Source: Basidiobolus meristosporus CBS 931.73 (lineage: Eukaryota > Fungi > Basidiobolomycota). Taken from it: a DNA stretch of 64,000 nt. Shown here in pieces: positions 35,509 to 46,397 of the stretch (the first letter of the stretch is position 1; every line of letters starts with the position of its first letter). The notes beneath the pieces were generated by a model. That model was given only the letters and a program-made list of their open reading frames with translations. It had not been told where the DNA came from and did no database searches. Position numbers and translations under genes: made by a program. The DNA lies in contig MCFE01000042.1 of assembly GCA_002104905.1 (NCBI GenBank), forward strand, positions 1 through 64,000. The letters are read 5' to 3'.

Positions 35509-38500
35509 TTAATGCTTCTGCTTTTTCTCGGCTTTCTTGTTTCTGAAGAACGGCTTCTTTTGCTCCCCATCCTTGCTCTTCTTCCTGGGCCCTTCCTGGC
35601 TTTCTGCCGAGTCCATCTACGCCAAACACAAACGTTAGTTCCGCTCGCGGAGCATTCCCCGTGGCTGGCGAACTTACCTTTCTCTTGCCGCTCTTCCGGT
35701 CCGATGACTTGTTCTTATGGTCCCTGTCGCGCGAGGTCCTGCGCTCACCACGCTCCGCGTTATCATTGCTTCTATCGGTACGCTCGCCACGCTTTCTTCA
35801 CCACATCGAAGTTCTCCACCGAGAACTCCACAATCAGGCGCTTCTTGTCGCCGAACAGATCGGGGTTATTGTTGAGATAACGAAGGGCAGCCAAGGCGTG
35901 GGCATGTGTCGAGTACTCGATGAAACCGTAACCCTTTGAGCGGGGCTTCTGGGTGCTGGGATCGATTCTATCTTTGCTTCTGATGATCTTGGCCTATAGA
36001 TGATGGGGAGACATTAGTTCGCGCATCTCGGAGGCGATCCCCCTGTGGTGCGGACTTACTTGCTTAACACGAGGCAAGTATTGCCATCCTTCGCTTCTCT
36101 CGTGCTCTGTGAGGTGCTCACGCTCGTTCCTCTGAACTTCGGCCTTGAATTTTTGAATGGCTTGGACGGCGAGTTTCCTCAGCTCAGCCTCATCCACCTT
36201 GAGGGGGAGATTTCTGATGGACAGACGGGTTTTTGAAATGAAGAGAAGTGGGTTCCGGGCAAGAAGCTGCTTACGGGCAGAGTAGGAGTTGGTACGCTTG
36301 GTGACCTCAGCTTGGCTAAGTCCTTTGGCAGCTGGAGAGTCGGCCAGAATAACTGCATAGTGGAGAGGATGGCTTAGTTCCACGGATGCTTACTGATTTG
36401 TGCCGCGTGTTTCTGGAATAAACCTACCTCCTTCCTTCATCAAGTACATGTTTCTCTTGTCCTCCTTCTGACGCTTTCTTGTGTTGATGTCAGCAAGCTT
36501 ACCTGCCTCTTGCTTGTCAACTGCCATGACGATGGAGAGGATTCTGTCATCCACTGTGAACTTGGCTGCGAGGTTGGATGGGGCGTCGGGAGTTAAAACG
36601 GATCTCTGTGGATAATACGGGTGAGCGAATTTCCACCAGGGCATCGGGCTCAGCTTGGAAACCGTACCTTGTTGACAATGCTGACAGTTTGGTGCAGCTT
36701 GTAGTTTTCCTCGACACATTTCTGTGCATCCTCCTTGTTCCAGAAGCAGACGAAACCGGTTCCTCTGGAACGGCCGGTTTCGTGATCCATGGTGATCCGG
36801 CAATATCTGACTTTGCCGAACTGGCGGAAGCTGCAGAAGTGAAAACCGGTCAGCACCTGGAGTCGTTGAACTGTTCTCGGCATTAAATACATACTGCTCG
36901 TAGAGATCCTCTTCTTCCGTATCGAAGGAGATGTTTCTGATAAAGAGTGTGGTGCCGGGTGGGATGGGTGCTTTTTCTATCAATGATTGGACTTGTCAAT
37001 ATCGCTCGGACAAACAATACACTCATGTAAATTTGAGGAATACCTTTCTCCTCAGTCTCTTCGTCCTCGCTGTCATCTTCTTCAGCATCACTCTCAGCAT
37101 CTTCCTCTTCATCAACCTCCATTTCTTCCCCTTCCTCCTCATCGTCATCACTATCAAGAGGATCGAAAACTTCTTCCTCCTCTTCCTCATCCACCTCTGC
37201 CTCTTCATCGTTGTCCTCCTCCTCCTCCTCCTCCTCTTCACCTTCCTCTTCCTCTACTTCAGCCTCAGCCTCCTCTTCCTCTGCCACTTCCTCCTCCTGT
37301 GCTTGAGTCTCAGATTTCTCATACTGATCCTTGGCAAGAGCCCAATCGACAGCAATAGTACGATCCATGACTTTGGTTGCGTTGACGGCGTTGAGGGCCT
37401 TGATGTTCAGAGGGTTGGTTAACCTGAAAAAACAGCCGATGTGTACCACTCCATACCTTCTCCGCATCGCTGATAGATAAAAACTGTACAAAGCCAAAGC
37501 CTCTAAGTGGACCGTGATCGCCAAACTTGCGTGGAAGATTGACATTCACCACGGCGCCAAACTTGGAAAACATGCTCTTGAGATCCTCTTCACGGAGCTA
37601 AACAAACGTGCTGATTTAGACATGGTCTAATCCCTTCCACCCCACTAGCTCCCGTCTCTTACCTTGAAGGGCAAGTTACGGATGATCAATCTGGCCTTCT
37701 TATCGAACACCTAGGGGGAATATGGTTGAGTGATCGCGTAGGGAGCCACTAGAACAAACGCAGGTAGCTGTTACCCCTTGAATCTGTGCCATGGATTTCG
37801 CAGTGATTTTGTTGCCTTTGAAGATGTGATCATTCAAATGCTCGATAGCATTTCTAGCCTCTCCGAGCTTAGCGAACACAACATGTGCTACGTAAAAACC
37901 AATGAATCAATCGACCATTCCTATCCCGTCACTCCACATGACTGACAATCCTACCGACTCCCTCCAGGGGCTTCTTCTCGTCACCCTCCTCATAGACGGG
38001 GAAAATCACTTCGCTGACTTCGCCGAATTTCCGCACCTTCTTGTAGATTTGCTTCTTGTTGACCTCAGGATTAAGGCCGCTGACGATGATGGTTTGGACG
38101 GACCTACAAATACAAGGTTAGCCCCAAGCCTCAGGATGCCGGCTAGAGTGGGCACGTACGATGGCATCTTTTGGAATTTGGATCTATCTACAGGCGCAGC
38201 ATCGGCAGCCTCTGTGAAATTGGCAAAAGGTAAATCGAGGTCCAAGTGTCTAAATGGAATGCATAACAAACGACGTACTCTCTTTCTTTGGAGCTTTCTT
38301 GATCACTGGCTTCTCGTCACGGTCTATGATTTCGGGGAGGGGGGTGGGAAGGGGAACGAGTTAAGCCGGCGTTCTTTCCGAGACAACTGCACGGGTGTAA
38401 ACTAGCTACGTACGAGATTTCTTCAAAGCGAGTTCGATCCTAAGTGTACGCTCGTTTCTGAACTTGACTTTCTTCAGCTCAGTAATAGCTCTTTCGGCAT

Positions 38501-38982
38501 CCTCGGGCACAACGCTAGAAAACGTGGGTTAGCCGTACGGAAAAGCGAACCAGTCCGAGATCCAGTGCCCTTACAATTGTACAAAACCGTATCCTTTGTT
38601 GCCCTTTTCGGCGCTCGATTTACCGCTGTCTTCACCTTCGCCCTCACCTTGGTTCTCCTCGGGCGTCTTTTGCACCACGAAGCAGGAACGAATGGGCCCG
38701 ACATCACTAAAGAACGATTCTAACTCGTAAAGAAAAAACACAAGGTCATTTGAAATCTATGCGGGCGCTTAGGCCTCGTTGGAAGTGTATAGAGAGATGC
38801 ATGTCAAGCAAAAGAACCAAACAAATAATTCAAAGTAAACAGAAAACTCTTGGTATCTCATTCTTGCAGTCGTATGGAATGCCACGAACAAAGAGGGTCG
38901 ATCTTCCACGGGTCTCGTCGGCGGGGTTGGGATTCTTGGCGATCGAATCGACAGTCTGGGGGGAAGTCTCAGTATCGGACAT
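35509..38982 (-). CDS. NOP4: Multi-RRM nucleolar protein Nop4/RBM28, many introns
   Basis: RRM1 TLFVRGIP...FFSDVGPIRSCFVV...KGYGFVQF; further RRMs (LIIRNLPFK, RGFGFVQF, TLFIRNISF, RGTGFVCF, RLSIRNLP); an acidic tract; and a basic C-terminus ending KKQKH-TAA at 35509. Confidence 0.88.
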
Positions 38983-39132
38983 GATATTCAGGTAACGAAG
39001 TATTCTATCCTCAAGGAGCGAATATCGATTTCAACGTCCCGCGAGTAGCAGATTCAATTGCTTATTTTCTGATTTAGAAGAGTGTTTATTTTTTTTCTTT
39101 TTTCCATTTTTTTTCCGAGATTCTTGACGAGG

Positions 39133-39142
39133 TGAAAAATTT
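39133..39142. promoter_or_regulatory. RRPE-like element TGAAAAATTT about 150 bp upstream of NOP4
   Basis: Match to the yeast ribosome-biogenesis RRPE consensus upstream of a ribosome-biogenesis gene. It is short and AT-rich, so it could be chance. Confidence 0.35.
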
Positions 39143-39618
39143 CCCTCCTTCCCGAATGTGACCTGCATTTGCTGGTGTTAGCATCCATGTATCAAACCAA
39201 CTGGATTCGATTTGCACGTGTGGCATGGCTGGCTTAAATCGCGGGGGGTATTTTCATCCGCTTGCTACCCCCATTCACGTGCTTGAGGAGTCATACATAC
39301 CCGGCTCTGGTGAATATCGGCCCCAGCGAAAAAGGGAGGCCGATCCATCGGTCGGCTTGAGACATCCACGGCCCCAAACTAAATAAGGGAATTCTGAAGT
39401 CTCAGCTCTATTGACCCCAATGGTTAATGTATTTAATATTGAATCAGGTGATAATCTATCAACATATTTACCCAAAGCAGACCACGGCGATTGGCCAGGC
39501 TATATAATGCAGGTTGAGGAGTATGTATTCGAATTTTTCGTTCCCAATTCTGTTAACGTTTAGCAGCTTTTACCTTTCCGCCTCACTTGCGTACTTAATA
39601 CAGCTAAAGTGAATAGAT

Positions 39619-41930
39619 ATGTGTGAGAGTCTACCGCAATTTCCCATCACTGTGTCCATTGTCGGTGCCGGTAGCAGGCATGTTATGGCTGTTTTCTTAT
39701 TGCGAGTTTCTGCAACCGTGTAACTGTTCACGTCACTGACCCACTGAATGCAGAGGTTCAAGTTATGCTAGCTTTGCTTTGAAAAATCCGGACCTACTGA
39801 AGGTAGTGGCGGTTGCCGAGCCCAAGGACATCAGACGAAACTTCATGGCCACGGTATGTCCCGCATCCGGTGCTTCTTTGGACCTTTCTTAACCCCGCGC
39901 TTTACCTCCGGCAGAAATATAACATCAGCCCCGAAAACGTTTTTTCCGACTGGAAGGAGGTTCGCTACAATCAACCCTCGTCGCACTCACCTGTACCCAA
40001 CCCATTTACCACCCGCCACGATTTAGTTAGCTGAACGGCCCAGATTAAGTAATGCGGTGGTGATCGCCACTTTTGACCACCTGCATGTCGAGCCCACCAT
40101 CGGTCAGTTTGTTCACCCGATAGCAAGCGTCCCCAGGGGCAGAGCACTGATTTTCCCCTCCTCCAGAATTGTCGAGACTTGGCTATCATATTATGCTTGA
40201 AAAGCCGATGGCCGTCTCCATTAAGGATTGCCAGAGGATTGTCGAGGCTGTAAATAGAAGCAAAGTCAGTTCACTCTTGATGTATCCACATTCGATGAAC
40301 ACCTCTAACTCGCTTGTGCTTCTAGGTGATTTTTGCAGTTTGTATGTTGGTTCAGGGCAACGGCGAATACACGCGATTGGCTCACAGATCTGATTTTGCT
40401 AGGCCATGTTTTGAGATACACGCCATACAACCGAATGCTCAAGAAGCTGATTCAATCCGATGCGGTCGGAAACATCATCAACATACAGCATCTGGAGCCA
40501 GTTGGCCATTCGCAGTTCGCCCACTCGGTAAGAGGGTTGGATTAGATCGCGTTCGCTCGACGCACCCTAACCTTGGGCTTTTCAGTTCGTCCGAGGGAAC
40601 TACCAGCGTGAAAACAGAAGCTCCAATGTTCTAATGAACAAGGTAGATGCGTTCGATGAGATTCAACTTCGCGCAGGGGCCTAATCTAACCGGGTATTCT
40701 CCCCCTCCCACCATAGTGCATTCATGACCTGGGTAAATTTGGGATCTCCTTGCTCTTGAAAACCACCATGATCTAACAAACATCACGGAAGATTTGCTGG
40801 CGCACCTTGTAGGCCGTCGTTGCGTGGTAGGTTCCTGTTCTATCCCTGCAAGCTCAGCCTGCGACCGCTGCCTCCCAACAACCTAGCATACTAATCCATT
40901 CCCAGAAAATCAGCTCTTTTGGAAACATATCCCACTTCAAGCCAGACCGAAAGCCCAAGCAGGCCGGTGAAGCCAAGTAATCGCCCACTGTTGATTAACC
41001 GCACGCCAACACGCTTCTAACCCAGCCTCGTAGACTATGCGTGGATTGCCCGTATGAGTCGAAGTGCGCATATTCTGCTGTCAAGATCTACCTCGATCCC
41101 GTCAAAGAAGGACAAACCGGGTGGCCCATCAGTACTATTACGGACATAGTTGGTACGTATTCTTCTCCAACATGAGCAACGAGGCGGTGCACCTGATAAA
41201 TCGTTGCGCGCAGACATCGAAAATGTGACCAGAGCGTTGGAAGATGGGCCGTACGGAAGATGTGTACACGAATGCGATAACGATGTTTGCGATAATCAGG
41301 TGAGAAGATTCGAGAATGGCAATCTATGAGCGCCGGATCGGCCTAACGCGATGTTCATCAGGTGGTCAACATGATATTCGAGAATGGGAGTACATGTACG
41401 CTTACGGTAGTGGCAGGAACGCAGGCCATTTGCCAGGGAAAGGTAGGATCGTGGCCGCAACGTTCGACCTTGCTTTGGTCCTAATGGGATCTCTATGGCA
41501 TTGTGTAGACGAGAGTTTTCGGAACCAAGGGCGAGCTGGACGGCGATGGTAAAGTCATCAAATTTACTGATTTCCGCACAGGCAAGCGAGTGGAGATAGA
41601 CCCCGTTGGCCAGCAGGAGACAGGTATTGACAACATCCAGAGAATCGAGATGCCGAAAAAATCCTCACACCAGCCTCTGTAGATGAGCCCGACTACGATC
41701 TTATGCGAGCCTTTGTAAACGCCATCGCGCAAGGAAGTGCCGAAGGATACATCTTCACCGGCCCCGAGGAAGCATTCAGTAAGCGAAATCATCCCTATGC
41801 TGATGTCCAAGTATAAGTCACCCAACCACGTCTCCTAGATTGTCATGTTTACGGGTTCGCCGCAGAACACGCACGTACACACAACACCGTGGTGACGCTT
41901 GATGAGTTCAGACAGCTTCATTCTTGTTGA
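39619..41930 (+). CDS. Gfo/Idh/MocA-family NAD(P)-dependent oxidoreductase (YteT-like), 16 introns
   Basis: The spliced product reads [91 protein letters not shown] and ends TGA at 41930. Confidence 0.85.
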
Positions 41931-42730
41931 GCAGCCGCCAATGCATGGTCGCACTAGACAGGTACCCGGTGACCCAGCATATCTCGCATCCACCACCGTT
42001 GCATTCGTTTTGTATTTCTTAGTCGTTCCCCGCTTAGACAAACCCATTGTCTCTCCGTATCCACATTATCCACAAGACCACCGCCATTACTGTATAGACC
42101 CCACCACCATATCCCAAGATGTTCTTTAATGCTTATCTTCGTTCCCCGACGGGAGAATTCCCCAACCAAGGATTCCCACTCCATCTCATCTCATTAAATC
42201 GCTGATTCGCGTCATTGAGTCCGCCGTTCCATCTCCCTCGGTGCAGCCACAGCGCACCACCCACCGTGGTTCTGATAGGTTGCGGATCAACACCAATTTT
42301 TCTGGGAATACTGAGCACACAATAGAGTTTCGAGGGGTTTGAGGAAGCGGAGGACGTGGGTGGGAAGTGCCGGAAATTCCCAGATTTGTTCAACACGGCC
42401 ACCACCAAAAGGCCGAGATCATGGGGATCGCGCCGAGATCGGGGTGGCAGCCAAGTCACACAGAGTCGAATGAGATGGCCCGAAGCCAGAAATTCATATC
42501 ATCATATCTTGTATTTGATGGAATTCTATTCTGTGTCACAGTTGGTGTAGCATAAAGATGTGTGACTGCAACTGGCATCCAAATACGATATAGATAGAGT
42601 GCGTGGATTGGCTTCTGGTGTATCGGTGGGCGTGGATTGGTTTCTTGGGAATTAAGAATGTTTATATACAGCATGAACCTGTCTTAGTTGGATGGTAGGA
42701 GTGTCGGAAATCAACAAACCCCCTTCTTAA

Positions 42731-45590
42731 TTAGGAATCTCTAGCTAGTTTACGGAGTGCCTCTCTGCTGAATCGGATTAGTAGCGGCCGCTTTTTCTGC
42801 GTCTGTCGGGCTCGGGCTTTGGCAAAGGTGGACTCGACCAGGGTGGAGATGTATTCTCTCAGCATCTCTTTGGATCGTGGTTGACTTGGCCCGGCGCTGG
42901 AACCCTGAGAAGGGTCTGAGGTTGGGTCCTCACAAAATTGGTTGGATAGTATAATGATTTCATGATAATTGTGGAAATTGGCTTGATGGATAAGTTGGAG
43001 GACATATTCATCTGTGGGATGGAATTGAGCGTTCGACCAAATAGGTTAGGAGCCGAAATGACTGACGTACCAAATACGAATTCAAAAAATTGTGGAAAGG
43101 TGACTGTCCCGTTCCTCGCTATCAACTCAAAACCGTGCTTGATATGGGCGGCGGCGTGAGCAAAGGTGAACTGGCTAAGGACAATTTGGAGGAGGACCAG
43201 AGTGTCATTGAATCCGTTGGCCTCCATCTCCTCCTGCGGATAAGCAGAGTCTGTTAGCCGCGCATACCCCTTTTCGTGAGTTGGTGATTTGCCCCTACCT
43301 GAACGATGTATATGATGTCGAGAATACACCGAGCAACGAACGTCTCAGTGCTGATCTCCTTGAAACGAAATTTGGATTCCTTCTCTACGGTGAACGAATC
43401 AGGTTGGAGCTCCTCACAAGGAAGTGTGCAGATTATGCCGAGTAGACTAACCATCGCTGCCTGAGAAAAAGATCGTGTAAGAAGATAGACATGTTTTGAG
43501 CAGTAGCTGGACACCCATACTCGACGTTGCCCAGCCAGTGCTGAAGCAATTGCAAGGGTGTAAGTCACCCGAAACGCAAACAATTTCGACCAGCGACTAC
43601 TCAACAAAGACACATCAAAAGATTTTTGGGTGAGGGTGGGGTGCTTCGACTGAACTCTCAGTTTCACATCTTTTTGAACCTCTCGAGCGCTCTTAAGACG
43701 AGCACTGAGTGACTTGTAGAGCGATATAGCAGTCGTTGAGTTTCCCTGGAGTGCAGGTTCAGAATGGGGGCGTATGCCATGGAAAGATGATTCGTCTGTA
43801 AATACCTCCATAAGACACAGCTCTGCCATTGTTGTGTCCACGGCATTTTGGATATCGAAGGGAAGTCTCCATTGCTTGCATAACTTGAAAAAGTCTTGGG
43901 AAGAGATGTTACATCCTCTGGAGCAATACTGCCTGAACACTCCCATAGTACCTACCACTGTGGCAACTTGAAGAAATGGCATCCATATGGCTCCTTAGAT
44001 CGTTGGCTTTGCGCAATATCATCAGCGACTCAACCGTAGCTTGGATAGAAATAGGGGGTGAGTATCAGGCAGCCTTTGGGATACCGTTTTTGGAAACCAA
44101 CCTTGCGGGGAGGAATCGGTCTTGGTGTCCTTGGCCAGTTTTCGTTTCTTCGACTGTTTGTCAACGTTGATCCCATTTTTTCGGATCAACCCAACCGGGA
44201 TCAGCACTACATTTACACCGGGAGGTGAGAATAACAACATTACGACAACTCCCACTGTATACTGACCGTTGTCGGAAGAGCGATCGCTTGAGATGGTGGA
44301 ATAAAATTCGAAGGCCAATTGCACGAAGCAACCAGCAAAAAAGCGGAATTCCAGCTCGGCAGGAATTATGTTGGGGTGGGCGGTCATGTGGTTGATGACT
44401 TTCTCAGGAAACAGAAGGGTATCATCGCTACCTGGCGGGATGTCCGTCAAAGTGCTGTCAAGGAATTTTAGATACGTCGATAACAAATAGGCCAGCTCAT
44501 TCTAGCACCAACCCAATCTCACTCAGCAATCCGCATTGTCGTATCATCCTAACCACCAACTCGTGCATCCTCCGCCAGTGGTGTCTGGAAAAGTAATAGC
44601 TTTGAACATTCTCCAGCCACAGAACGATCTCATCCATGCTCAAGGAGAGCTTAGGGCTTGCTGGCTTTTGGGGATTCGCAATGTCAATATCTAGTGTGAA
44701 GATTTGTGGCAAGATTGCTTGGACTATCCCATGGTTAATGGCTGCACGCCACTTCAAATGGCTACCGTAGTGATGCTTACCAAGAATACTACGATACGTA
44801 TTCAGATGAGGCAGTGGCTGATTCACCTCTTCGCATTGCAAAGCCGCTCGTGCCGCCAAAGGCTAGATTTTTGAGTGACAAGACATATACAGGGAAAAGG
44901 TGCTAAATTCCTTACCCCATATCGGGCGATCATATCGGGATAACGGACGATGAGATTGGAGTATACTTTGCAGGTTTCAAAGATCTGGTCTTTCTTCTCG
45001 TACACCGCTAGCAATCAATTCCATAAGCATTGGCACACGATCTTGGGCAAAAAGTATGACGTACCAGCTGCGTTGATCAACAGCTCGATTTGTAGGCTTC
45101 GCGGAGCTCTGGTAAAGAATGCTGAAAACATCAATGCGAGTCAGATGGCTGGAGTGACAATCCGTTGCCCGTATCGCGATCACTAACCATGATACTCGTT
45201 TTGGCATTGATAGAAGACGGCTTGTGCTAGGGAGCAAACATAGCTTTTATAGGGCTCTTCATGGTAGAAATTCTCCTGGCTAGCAAAGTGCTTCCGTAAA
45301 TATCAATGGGGCTTGCCAACAGCTATGGACGCGTCTTACATTTCGCGGAAGATATTCACCGCCTTCTCCACGTTGCCTTCTCGAAAGGCAATCTTGTGCT
45401 CGAGAAACTGCAGTATGGGCCCGTTAGGCTAAAGTCTCGAGGTGAAGGAGAGTAAACGTACCAGTAATTGTATGCTCTTGGGGTATAGAATGTAGGCTTC
45501 TTGAAGTTCGAGGCTGGCTAATGCGGGAACACCATCAGTCAAATGCTTTTCAATTCGCTTTAGCTTGTTCGACAACGCTGTCAAGTCCAT
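42731..45590 (-). CDS. INTS10: Integrator complex subunit 10-like (INTS10) helical-repeat protein, multi-exon
   Basis: Reconstructed exons align in order with recalled human INTS10 segments: LQEAYILYP ~ LITARSLYP; FFTRAPRSLQIELL ~ LFETLPGRVQCEML; LIVRYPDMIARYG ~ LLRRFPETVVQHG; ALQCEE..NTYR ~ ALLEAE..NCFR; IARNGTVTFPQFFEFV ~ ICQQGNFQYENFFNYV. Several junctions need 1-bp corrections. Confidence 0.6.
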
Positions 45591-46397
45591 TGTTATTGAG
45601 ACGTTCCGCCTGTAGAAGTGTTGGAGAGCCGCCGAATGCGATGTGGTCGCTTTGCTAAAGTTCACCTGCTTAACAAGAATACGATAGAAATAGTGTCGCA
45701 ACAGATATCTGGATGGAAGGAGCTTATTACTGCTGGGTTATGTAATCAGAGGTGATTCCCTAATTAATATACCAACTCAAACAGTATGGGGACTAAATCC
45801 TCTTAAGTTTACAAAAGAATAGAATAAGGCAGCCGTATAATTATACGCATATTCAGATCATTCTCGATACATGTGATGCCTGCCCAATAAAGCCAGGTCT
45901 ATTGTTGCTAATGTTGATCCTGGAGATACAGGGCCGTAGCATACATCCTGCTCTGCCAGAGAATCCATTGGGATCATATATGAAACAGCCCACATTTCAA
46001 ATCAGTCCGACCTGAGTAACTCTGTTACTGTCAATCGTGATTCATGCAATTACCACTGGTTGAGTTGTAGAATGGGTGGATTGATTGATAATTATATGTA
46101 TGATTTGTATAATTTGTTCGTTTCAAGTGCGTAATCAATTAGAATAGAAAAGGTTGCTCAGGAAATTGTTACTTCTCAAAATAGAACTTGGACTAGCGAA
46201 CTCAGCTACACTGCACGTTAATATCGTTTATTTTGTTTGAGTTACAGCAACTTTCCGGTCTTGAAGAAATTTCGAAGGAAACCGTCTGTTATTGTAGGAA
46301 AACACCCCCTTCTCCCTTTGCAACCGGTTTTTCTCTCGAGAGAGTGGTTTGATTAGATATAAATACATTTTCAGTCCCTTTGGTTCAACTGCACCGA

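Noticed and set aside
44030-44085. GTATCCCA donor in the INTS10-like gene as a second U12 intron
   Set aside because: It mismatches the consensus at +7, the branch region is CTCAC (U2-like), and the junction needs an indel.
44455-44470. TTCCTTGAC (U12-like branch) on the minus strand in the INTS10-like gene
   Set aside because: The donor is GTGAGA (U2-type) and the motif abuts the AG, so it cannot serve as a U12 branch site.
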